From Eledone cirrhosa (taxonomy: Eukaryota), in NCBI GenBank assembly GCA_964016885.1, contig OZ024740.1, positions 243,350,001 through 243,414,000 of the forward strand: 64,000 nucleotides of DNA. Reading direction: 5' to 3'. The notes under the pieces are model-generated. The model was not told where the DNA came from and searched no databases. It was given only the letters and a program-made list of their open reading frames with translations. Below, in pieces: positions 1 through 10,453 of this stretch. The position numbers and the translations under genes were made by a program. The stretch's first letter is position 1. Each line of letters opens with the position of its first letter.

Positions 1-749
1 TAATTCTCTAATAGTTTCACAGAGAAGCCGAGATCACATTGTTTACTGACAAGAATGTTGACGTTATCATCTGAAACATCAAGGCAAACTAATAACTGAT
101 TGGTATCATTACTACTATGCCATACTATATTGAAATAGGTCGTGTCATTTAGTTGATGAGTGCTTAGCCAATGAATACTATAATTCAATGATACCATTGT
201 ATCAATATGTGTCTGTAAGAGGTCATGTGGGATTATAATGGCAACAACTTGTTTTCTATCATCTGTCGATATATTTAATGAAAAATCACTCAAAGATTTT
301 ATTTCCTGCCATAATGGCAGGTTAGGAATCGTACTCGCAGCATATCTAATTAATCCATTGAGGTCCATGTCTTTAGTCCAGGCATTAAACAATAACACCC
401 AGGTAAGTCCAGTCTTGTCGTGCATCACTGTACACGATGTGCCTTCCATGGCACCAGTGTGTCCCCAAGAACAACCATTATCTTCCACCTCTAAACCAAA
501 CCCATACCATTCATTACCGTTTTCATATTCAGGACAGTTAAGCATCATTTGGATGGTTTCCTTATCTAACAATTTCCATTGGTTATCAGACAAACAGTTG
601 AATATATGGAGGACATTGCTGGCACTTGCTACCCAGCCACCGTAAGATTCTGCACCATCCATTTGTACCAAATTGGAATGGGGAAGTGTCCATCCTTGGT
701 AAGCTTGGGACTTCCCCAGTTCTGACCAAAGCTTGTGATAATAATTCAC
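1..749 (-). CDS. Beta-lactamase-family serine hydrolase, coding exon 6 (runs off the left window edge): HTG motif plus C-terminal repeat extension
   Basis: Acceptor ...tattccAG|GTG at 749. My translation is open to position 1: VNYYHKLWSELG...AESYGGWVASASNVLHIF...WYGFGLEVEDNGCSWGHTGAMEGTSC...GLTWVLLFN. It joins exon 5 in phase 0. It is missing from the ORF track because there is no stop inside the window. Confidence 0.9.
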   Translation of the reverse strand, partial: MNYYHKLWSELGKSQAYQGWTLPHSNLVQMDGAESYGGWVASASNVLHIFNCLSDNQWKLLDKETIQMMLNCPEYENGNEWYGFGLEVEDNGCSWGHTGAMEGTSCTVMHDKTGLTWVLLFNAWTKDMDLNGLIRYAASTIPNLPLWQEIKSLSDFSLNISTDDRKQVVAIIIPHDLLQTHIDTMVSLNYSIHWLSTHQLNDTTYFNIVWHSSNDTNQLLVCLDVSDDNVNILVSKQCDLGFSVKLLEN

Positions 750-924
750 CTGGAATATAGAACAGATATATATTGGCAGAGAATTACAGTTTATGTTTTT
801 GGTCTATCTGTTGAAGGGTATATTGTTGTTTAGAGAGGGAAGCGGAAAAATGAGGACAAAGAGAGGATAGTTGTCTAAATAATTAAATAGAAGTAGTGAT
901 GGTGTTATTATTACTTGTAGTAAC

Positions 925-1266
925 AGCATAGTTACGTCCCTTTACGATCTGAGTTCAAATCCCGCCGAGGTTGACTTTGCCTTTCATCCTTACGGGGTTG
1001 ATAAAACAAAGTACCAGTAATGCACTGGGTAATTGCTGGCCTTGTGCCTAAAGTAAGAAACAATTATTTATTCAAGGCGGTGGATTGGCAGTATCGGTAG
1101 AGGGTTGGACGCCATGCTTTGAAGCATAGAGTTACCTCCCTGTATGATCTGAGTTCAAATCTCGCTGAGGTTAACTTTGCCTTGCATCCTTCCGGGGTCG
1201 ATAAAATAAAGTACCAGTAATGCACTGGGTAATTGCTGGCCTTGTGCCAAAAGTAGAAACAATTAT
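925..1266 (+). mobile_element. Two tandem copies of a tRNA-derived SINE (family A); first copy 5'-truncated, second ~1076-1266
   Basis: B-box-like GAGTTCAAATC plus conserved body ACTTTGCCTTTCATCCT..GGGGTCGATAAAATAAAGTACCAGTAATGCACTGGG. The same sequence recurs at ~7300-7500, 17575-17950, 27320-27465, 58940-59135 and 59538-59719. Confidence 0.8.
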
Positions 1267-1512
1267 TACTTGTAGTAGTAGTAGTTGCAGTAGTAGTAAC
1301 CCTAACTATCACATAACAAACACCCAAGTTTACATTTCAAAGTCGGCTTGGAGCATGTAGTTGGAATTATCAAGTTATACATAGATGTTAAATGAAAAAA
1401 TCTGACGACCTTCATTTTAAGTGCACGTTCCTCACTTAAATGTACTTACAATCACACACATACAAAAATATATATATACATTTATAAATACATCCATATA
1501 TACAAATGCAGT

Positions 1513-2780
1513 TTGGGTTTGTGTCAGGTAAAAGTACCACAGACACCCCTTTTCCTTGTACAACAACTACAGGAGAAGTACCTAGCTAAAAGTAAACCCC
1601 TATACTTAGCTTTTGTTGACTTGGAGAAAGCATTTGACAGAGTCCCCCACGCCATTATCTGGTGGGCCCTTAGAAAACTAGGGGTTGATGAATGGCTTGT
1701 GAGAGCTATACAAGCCATGTATAAAGAAACAGTCAGCAAGGTTAGAATTAACAACAAATATAGTGAAGAATTTAGCATAAAAGTTGTTCATCAGGGCTCT
1801 TTCCTTAGCCCCCTCCTATTTATTATTGCCCTTCAGGCTATAACAGAGGAGTTCAAGACCGGCTGCCCATGGGAACTTCTCTATGCAGATGATCTAACAC
1901 TCATAGCTGAATTGATGGCTGAACTAGAGAAGAAATTCCAAACATGGAAGCATGGCCTAGAATCAAAAGGTCTTATAGTTAACTTGTCTAAGACTAAAGT
2001 TCTAGTATGTAGAAAGGAAAATAGGGCACAGGTGCCCACTGGGTGATGGCCATGCTCAGTGTGTAGGAAAGGAGTAGGCAGAAATTCCATTTTATGTCCC
2101 AAATGCAAAGTATAAAAGATGTAGTGGGATCACAGGTAAGCTATCTAAGAACGTAGATTTTATATGTGGCCGGTGTTTAGGTGCAATAAGCAAGCGCCCA
2201 TTGGATGCTAGCTCCTTCTATTGCCCAGATGGCTCTATAGAAATAGTGGACACCTTCCGTTACTTGGGTGACAAAATCAGCAATGGTGGAGGGTGCTCAG
2301 AAAGTACAGTAGCCAGAGTCAGAACGGGATGGAAAAAGTTCAGAGAGCTTATTCCACTATTGGCCACTAAAGGTTTCTCTCTAAAAATGAAAGGCAGACT
2401 GTATGATGCCTGCATACGAACAGCAATGTTACATGGCAGTGAGACATGGGCATTGTGTGCAGAGGACCTGCGCAGACTGGACAGGAATGAAGTATGCATG
2501 CTCTGTTGGATGTGTAATAGTAATATACGTGAACAGCAAAGCATAAATGAACTAAGTGAGAAATTAGGTATAAGAGGGATCAGATGCTGTTTACTCGAGA
2601 GATGACTATGTTGGTATGGTCACGTGATGCGCATGAAAGACGACATCTGTATAGGCAGACCCAGAAAAACCTGGGACGATTTGATAAATTCTGACCTTAC
2701 ACACTTACACCTCTCTAAGACAATGTCACTGGACCGAGATCTTTGGCCCTACGCAGTAATACAGAAGACCTGCCTTGTCT
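1513..2780 (+). mobile_element. 5'-truncated, degenerate RTE-type LINE (RT, PHD-like finger, C-terminus)
   Basis: LYLAFVDLEKAFDRVP, QGS.LSPLLF, LYADDL, FRYLG, LHGSETW; stops and frameshifts present. Lies in intron 5 of the host gene. Confidence 0.88.
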
Positions 2781-2979
2781 AAGTACAAAGCGAAACCTAG
2801 TCAGTAGGCACCTCTTAATCAAATATACACACCCCTCCCACTACCCACAACTCCCCCCACCCCACCCCCTTTCTCTGTAAAGTATGTTGGTACCACAACA
2901 TCCAGTCCTAAATAAATGAGGTTGTGTAGGTGTCACAACAAAAAAAAACACAGTCCACGCTGTAATGTGGCCGTGTAGG

Positions 2980-3165
2980 TAACAGTAAAAACCTCCCAGA
3001 CCATATTGTAAATGTGGTTGGTGTTAGGAAGGGCATCCAGCCGTAGAAAACCTGCCAGACAGTCCCATACGAGCGAGATGACCAATCTTGCCTCAAGTGA
3101 GACAATTCATGTCTAAACCCATGCTAGCGCGGAAGATAGATGTTAAACAATGATGATGATGATGA
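2980..3165 (+). mobile_element. Abundant short retroposon (family B) ending in an RTE-like tail CCATGCTAGC..GGA...TTAAAC(GAT)n
   Basis: Core GTGGTTGG(C/T)GTTAGGAAGGGCATCCAGCCGTAGAAA recurs at ~12670, 13680, 40315, 51620, 60280(-) and 62380(-). Confidence 0.65.
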
Positions 3166-4088
3166 TACATGCATACATACACATATACACCATATTGTTG
3201 CATAAAACTAGACAATCACATCTCCTTACCTTATACAACAATCATCTAATGTTGCTAAAGTAGAGAAATGTTTGTTATATATTGTTTCGGTAACAATTTG
3301 ATGTCTTTAAAGTAGAGACATTTCGATGAATTAACCACAAGATTGACATTAAGTACTTTTTGTTAAAAGTATTGTTCTGGTTTTTCTAAAAGATAAAATC
3401 AAAAAATCCATCAGGGGGCATGCCTTTGGCAGTCCCAGGGCACATCTTACTAGACCCTACCCTCTGCCGATAGGAGGCCTGGGGTAAATACCCCATCTAT
3501 CCTGCTATATATCCGACCCTGAGTACATTCTGTAAAGTATTTTGTATTTGGAAGAGTACCCAACCATAGAAACCATGCCAAAAATGGATATGACAAAGTG
3601 CTGGTGCTACAATAAAATGTAAAAAATGAGGAACATATTCAAGTGAAATGTAGTTCCCCAACTTATCTAGAAGGATGGAAGACAGTAGCTCCTATTAAGT
3701 ATTGACTTATCTTGTAATCACCTGTCCAGCAAATGGAAAAATGACAATGACGATGATAATAATGATATATTTTCCATTCCCATTAACCAAATTTCACTCA
3801 CAAAGGATTGATCACCCAAAGGCAGTGGTAAAAGATACTTGCCCAAGTTGCTGCACAGTAGAATTGATCTCCAAACCATGCAGTTGTGAAATGAACTTCT
3901 TAACCACACAACCATTGTCAGATGTAATATAATATAGTGATGCTATTAACTGTCATGAAAAGAAACCAATGGCAAAAGTTGTTTGGCCAGTGTTGAGCAC
4001 ACAACATCTTTTATGTTGTGAACAAATCTTTATGGGAACAGAAGATTTTGAAAAAGAAACACTTGTCATTTTGTTGGTAAAGATCTCA

Positions 4089-4526
4089 AATCCTTCCTTA
4101 CAGTCTTCTCACACACAGACACCTAAGAGACCCTCTATACTTGGTTAATTTGCTAGACACAGCACCCAAACTCTCTCTTACTATATATATATGGTAGTTG
4201 AAGTGGTGGTGGTACCGACGATATACCGGAAGGGTAGAAATTTGTAACTTTGAAAAGAAGTCAATTTTAAATTATTTATTTACAAAATTTAGTACATAAA
4301 TTATGTAATATTCATTCATTATTTATTCAAAGTAATCAAACTTATTTTAAAAACGGGATAAAAAAATTTATCCTGGATGCAGTGCCGCACTCCTTACTTT
4401 ATTGTTCTCTTTTTTAATGACAGTAAATTATTAATTGAGGGAGATTTGGGTGCTGTGTCTAGCAAATTAACCAAGTATAGAGGGTCTCTTAGGTGTCTGT
4501 GTGTGAGAAGACTGTAAGGAAGGATT
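4089..4526. repeat. 82-bp inverted repeat (4089-4170 / 4445-4526) around a ~270-bp spacer
   Basis: aatccttccttacagtc...agcacccaaa is the reverse complement of tttgggtgct...gtaaggaaggatt. Confidence 0.9.
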
Positions 4527-4934
4527 CAGATAAATACAAATACTTTCACACAAAAACATTCACACAAACACACATACATTTACACAAACACACACATACA
4601 GTCATGATAGCGTTCAGTGAATTGGAAACGGGATGGTAAAACAAGTATAACATTTTATTAACAACACAGTTTAACTCTTTTTTTTTTAAAAACTCATTTG
4701 TATAAACATTTAATATAATGCTTACAGAATGAAAACACAAACAAATATAATATATACAAAGAAAAGGAAAACGAAATAAAGAAAGAGAAAAAAATACACA
4801 AGCACATAATGCACACATCTTAGACCACATATAACAATATGCAGGCGAAAGTATGGATAAAACGAGACGCTACCAGAACAAAAGATAGCAATGTAGCGAG
4901 GAGCACTGGGAAACCTCTCTAATAATTTTTGAGG

Positions 4935-5355
4935 CAAGCCAGCATGCTCGCAGCGTTACCTGGGTAATGGCGAGGCTGAGGTGCTGGAATAACCAAGTGC
5001 CCTCATGAGCATCACCAGATACCTCTGTTTGGCGAGCCGCCAGTGAAGATAGAACCTCGCTCTCAGTTGCCCGACTCCCCCAAACGTACCGAACGCCACA
5101 AGCTGGATAATGTAGTTAGCTCACAGAACACAGTATTTTAGGATTTTGTTTCGTTCAGCTGCGGATGCTGTAACCACTGCATCCAGGATGTGGGAAGAAG
5201 CAAAAGAGTCACTAACTGTGACGTCCCAGATAAGGCACCTGCCTCTTGACCAGGAGCACAGAGTAAGACTGACAAGTCTTTTCCCACTAATTCTGGACAA
5301 CCCAGATGGTTCCAAAATTGAGGGGATGTTTGCCCGGGCCAAAGCTCTTGAGTGG
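4935..5355 (-). mobile_element. 3' fragment of a CRE-like (restriction-like endonuclease) non-LTR retrotransposon
   Basis: RALARANIPSILEPSGL..SGKR(PD)..LT...W..GRCLIWDVTVSD...AE..K..KY, followed (frameshifted) by WLFQHLSLAI. This is the RLE-domain pattern of CRE-type elements. Confidence 0.7.
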
Positions 5356-5547
5356 TAATAGGATAGTGTGTGTATGTGCACATGCGAGTTTGTCGGTGTT
5401 CTTAAATTAGAGACGTGTGTGTGACACTGTTTTTAAGTTAGAGACATATATGTGTGCATCCCTTTCCTTCCTTTTATACACATACATTCACAAAAACACA
5501 CATACACATTGCGTGATGGACGGGTGGACAGAAGTCCCTCAAATTTA

Positions 5548-6190
5548 TATACATGTGAATGGAGTTCTACTGAAGCAGTTAGAAAAGTTCAAGTATCTTG
5601 GAGCCGTGTTCATGAGTGATGGAATGCAGGAGGATGAATTAAGTGCAAGAATTGCAAAAGCTGATGCAGTAATGCACCAGTCTCAGCAATCAGAAGAAGG
5701 GGGTAGGTGTAAAAGCTAAACTCGCTGTCTTCCTGGTATTCCTGCCAACTCTTACCGAGGATCATGAATCTTGAGTAATGACCAAAAGAATACAATTGCA
5801 AATAAAAGTGGCAGAAATGGGATTCCTCCGAAGGGTCTTTGTAGTAACGTTACTCGATAAAGTGCATAGCTCAGAGACCAGAGAGTCACTCCTGGTAGAG
5901 CCGCTACTTCTCCAAATCGAGAGATCACAACTCCGATATTATGAGCATGTGGTTAGAATGTCTGAGTAAAGAATCGCTGGACACATTTTACAGGCAAAAC
6001 CAACCAGCAAGAGACCCAGAGGTAGACCCTGAGAAAGATAGTGGATAACATCCTTGAGCTTGGCTGGTCACGCTTTGGGATCCAGCTGGATCAGTTAGAG
6101 ATGTTTGTTACTGACAGACTCACTGGAAGGAGTGTTTGAGAAGGACTCTGCTCCCACGACCCTCTCAGAAATAAGTGGGCGAAGAAGAAG
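5548..6190 (+). mobile_element. RTE-clade LINE 3' fragment with (GAA)n tail
   Basis: VNGVLLKQLEKFKYLG...AEMGFLRRV...IERSQLRYYEHVVRM...RPRGRP; same family as 13905-14485 and 24753-25880. Confidence 0.82.
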
Positions 6191-6669
6191 ATATTGTCAA
6201 TTTACTTTTCAATTTACATATATTTGCGTATAATACCAATATGCACACTACATATGCTAGCAGAAAACCGCCCGAAGGGAGGTTTTTCAGCTAGTATTAG
6301 GTAATGTAGTTTTAGATACACCTTAAAAATATGGGATGGTTATGACTAGAGTGCCTTTGATTATAAGTTTGTATGGTCGCAGTTAAACTGGGTGTGAACA
6401 ACAACAATAACAACAACTGTTACTACTACTATTATTACAGCAACAACATCATCATCATCAACTACAACAACTTTACACTATTAGTACTTGACACAATACA
6501 AGTTAATTAGCTCCACATGGCACTTATGTGTTGTTTCATCTTTTAACTCTTAACATCCACATGAAACCACATTAACAAGACAGCACTATGACGACTTTGC
6601 ATCATAAAATTAAATCATTTACTCTCTTACTGCAAATTTTGGCAACGATCTGTCCATCATCATCATCAT

Positions 6670-7035
6670 CATTTTAACATCCGTTTTTCTATCCTTGAAT
6701 GGGTTGGACGGGTCCTTTTCAGCACAGCATCTCTCCACTCAACACATTCTTTCGTCATCTGTGTGAGTCTCAGCGATTTGAGATCAGTTCTCATCACCTC
6801 TGCCCAGGTTACCTCTACTGCGGCTGCCTTCCAATGAGATTTCCTGGCACTTCTTCACCCAGCGATCATTATCAATGCCATCACGGGCCCATATCAATGC
6901 AGTCTTCTCCCTTGCACACTACTTCAGATTCCTTTAAAACTCAGTTTCTCCCTTGGTTCAACCAAACTCTGCCTTTCTCTCACATTTACACTGCACATCC
7001 AACAAAGCATGGTTGCTTCATTTCTTTCCAGTCCA
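6670..7035 (-). mobile_element. RTE-type LINE 3' fragment (same family as 47447-48300)
   Basis: DNA similar to 47450-47820, with a (GAT)n tail. Confidence 0.7.
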
Positions 7036-7667
7036 GTGTGAGAGAAATGAAGTGAGAAAAAGATATAGAGGAAGAGTCGACTCTTGCACTTGACTAGTAC
7101 TTTTTTATTGACCTTGAATGGATGAAAGGCGTTAATTTAAATAGATCTTTAAAATGGTTTGTTTTTGTTTCATGGAAGCAAAGGTAGATTTGGGTAGGTT
7201 GGTATCAAAAGGGTTAAAGAGTTCCTATTAAAATTAAAATCCTTCAACATAATTTGACATAGGAATTTTTTGTTAAATTATGTTACAGATACCCTCTTGA
7301 CAATGGTTTCTGATTTAGGCACACGCCCAACAATTTTGGGGATGGGGAAAGTCAATTAAATCGATTCCAGTGCATTACTAGTACTTTATTTTATCAACCC
7401 TGTAAGGATGAAAGGCAAAGCTAACCTCGGCGGGATTTGAACTTAGAAGGTAAAGGGCCATAACTCTATATCACAGAGCATGTTGCCAAGCCACCAACCT
7501 TTACCATCTTAATAATAAAATGATTAATAATTTGTGTAAATCCTTCCAGATTCATTATTAATTAATTCAAACACAGTGTGTTTCATTAGAAATATGGTAA
7601 TGAAAGGGTCAAAAGTTAATGAAAGGATGGGGATGAGTTTTCACAAAGGCATGACTAGACTATGTAC

Positions 7668-7834
7668 CTCATCATCAATGACACACGAATCGTTATTCTG
7701 CCCAGTCGTCATGTTGGTTATATTGATTTCCTTTAGAATATCTTTGATAAATTCTGTGTATGGCTTCTGTTCCACTTTCTCAATGACTTTGCCAAGAATC
7801 AGATATCCTACGTTTGAATAACTGTGACGTTTAC
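7668..7834 (-). CDS. Beta-lactamase-family serine hydrolase, coding exon 5 (YxN motif)
   Basis: tttgacAG|GT AAA CGT...GAT GAG|GTacat; 167 bp, phase 1-0. Encodes (G)KRHSYSNVGYLILGKVIEKVEQKPY, matching the family PG..YSN.GY.LLG.IIE motif. Confidence 0.92.
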
Positions 7835-8664
7835 CTGTCAAATAAAATGTAAAAGTGCATTGTCATTATTTATATATCCTCTTTTCCATGCTGGCATGGG
7901 CTGGATAAAACTGTTTACATGCATGCAGTATTTTATGGCTGGATGCCCTTTGGTATGTTAACTCTTACTTGTTTTTAAGTAGGGTAATTATTCCTCTGAT
8001 ATTTACCCAAGGAACTTCTACACTGCAGGACATAAAAATATACCACAAGTTGTTTAAGCAGTCTCAATGTGAAGATAAACACAAATTCAAAACACACACA
8101 CACATACATGCACACACACACACAAACAAATACATACATATACATACATATAGGTATATATATATTAATCAAAGAAAAAAGAGTTAGTTGATTTGTGATC
8201 AAATCATTTTTATATATAACAGATGTGAAGCACTCAACGGTATAAAATTATCTGGAGTATTATTATAATGATATTAGTAATAAACAAAAGATATATACTT
8301 TATATCATCTCTATTTATTTCATTATATATATTTCGAAGATGCAAAGTTTTATGTATAACATAAAGCAAAACATGTTCTCCTCAGACAAAATTTATAGAA
8401 AATATATAATTTTTTTCCTGATATGCAAACGAACTGGACAGATCGGTGACCACCAGGCATATATATATATGCTTTCAATTAAAAAAGTGGTACTGGATCA
8501 TCTATAGTTGCATTAGTAGCTTATAAATCTGTAGTTACAAGCAGGTAAACAACACAAGAGACATATATACAAAATATAGGTGTCTTTAAACAAACTTAAA
8601 CAATATGCTATTTAGAAAAAAACAGTGCCTGCTGATATTACTAACAACAAACAGAAGATCTGTT

Positions 8665-9320
8665 TCTATTACTGTTGCAGTACTTAGATCCCATTGGTGA
8701 AGAAGCTTTTATCTTGTTGGTCAAAAAGTCATCAACAGCAGTTATGACATCATCATTACTGCTATACTTGCTTACAGTCAAGTGTTTTTTCATGTTGGGG
8801 AACAGATGATAGTCAGATGGGGCCAAATCAAAAGAATAGGGAGGGTGATCAACCAGTTCAAAGCCCCAGTTATGCACAGCAGCCATTGAAACCAAAGACT
8901 TGTGTACTGGAGCATTGTTCTGATGAAACAAAATCCGTTTTGGCAATTTTACTGGATGTTTTGTCTTTATAGCCTCTCGTAACTGCCTTAGCAAGTAAGC
9001 ATAGTACTCTCCATTGATGATGTGGCCCTTTTGAAGTCAATAAATACAATGCCCTTTGCATCCCCAAAAAACTGAGGCCATCACCTTCCCTGCAGCTGAA
9101 ACTTGGCCTTCTTTGGAGAAGATGAGGAGAGGTGTTTCCACTGCATAGATTGTTTCTTTGTCGCTAGCTCTAAGTGATGAACCCAACACTTATTTTGAGT
9201 TAGGAACCATTAACAGAATCCAGCTGGATCTGCCTCAAACAATGTCAGATTTTCTCGTGATGTGATCAGCCTAGTGTGCTTTTGGTCAGATAGAAGACGT
9301 GGCACCCATTGAGTGAGAAG
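8665..9320 (-). mobile_element. Tc1/mariner (mariner-type DD34D) transposase pseudogene fragment
   Basis: FHQNNAPVHKSL...DHPPYSFDLAPSDYHLFPNMKKHL, matching the mariner HDNA and YSPDLAPSD motifs. Confidence 0.88.
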
Positions 9321-9663
9321 AATTTGTGTTTGAGTTAGTGGCAGAGTTGGCATTGTCATCATTATCCTCATTCTTCCCTGGACTGGGTGTCAGTTTGTTG
9401 CAGGTTTAATCCCCAGTTGATACTGGGATTCATTTTTAGCTGAACAACATGAAACAACATGAAATGAAGTGCCTTATTCAAGGATACAACGTGCACCCAG
9501 TCTGGGAACCAAACTCACATGCTTATAGTCATGAACACATCCTAACCATTAGGCTACATACCTTCATTTGTGTTTGATTAATAATTGAAACAAATATTAA
9601 TCCTTTACAATACAGTGTTTCAAATTAATATAAAAAAACATATCAACATTTTGGATGAATTAC

Positions 9664-9879
9664 CGGGTGTAAACTGTAATTTCTTGCTCATCATAAAACG
9701 TAAAAGTTTGTTTTCTGAAGATATTTCCTTGTTCTTGAAAATATTATCTAGATTCCAGAAGACAGCATCGCCCGCTTGGTCACGATCCCAACCAGCACTA
9801 TGTTGCAGGAGATGTTTCACAGTAATCCTATTAAGACGAGGATCCCCTTTAGATGTGTATTTATATCTGTTTAAAATAC
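9664..9879 (-). CDS. Beta-lactamase-family serine hydrolase, coding exon 4
   Basis: tttgcAG|GT ATT...ACA CCC G|GTaatt; 216 bp, phase 1-1. Encodes DPRLNRITVKHLLQHSAGWDR...LQFTPG, matching the family ITxxxLLxHxSG and FxPG motifs. Confidence 0.93.
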
Positions 9880-10303
9880 CTGCAAATAAATATATTTGAA
9901 TATCAGTGAAACAATGAAAATTCATTTCAAAAATTTCATTAAGCCTTTGAACTGAAGAGGAAGAGTAGAATGCTTCTCTAGCTGTGCACCTACAAACTCC
10001 TTAGGGTATGGATTTTGGATAGATTTGTTTTGGAATGATCACCAGGTGGTTAGGCTTAGAGTGAAATATTGCCTGATTTGTGGAGCCTACATTTTACATC
10101 TAGCCAGGTCCTACTATTGCTTTTTGGTGTCTTCATTTTACATCTAGCATGGGCCTATGACCAGCTTTGCATGACAATATATGTGGTTATTATATTGTTG
10201 TTAAATGACCATCAGGGAAATTCTAAGATGATAAAAGTGACATAAAACATTTAAAAAATTCCATTATAAAAAGGCATGCCAGTATTTCTTCAGTTTGACC
10301 TAC

Positions 10304-10453
10304 CTTTTGGTCCAAAGACTTTAGCTGATAAATCCAATTTTTCCTGCTGCCAAAGTGTTAGAATACCAATAGCAGTCAAAGTTTTACTAATACTTGCAAT
10401 GCGGAACATAGAATCTGGGTGTACCTTTCTGTCAGGACTTGCCATTCCATAAC
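10304..10453 (-). CDS. Beta-lactamase-family serine hydrolase, coding exon 3 (catalytic SxxK)
   Basis: tattccAG|GT TAT GGA...CCA AAA G|GTaggt; 150 bp, phase 1-1. Encodes GYGMASPDRKVHPDSMFRIASISKTLTAIGILTLWQQEKLDLSAKVFGPK, where FRIASISK is the catalytic SxxK. Confidence 0.93.

Noticed and set aside
238-645. 135-aa plus-strand ORF
   Set aside because: Antisense shadow of the real minus-strand hydrolase exon.
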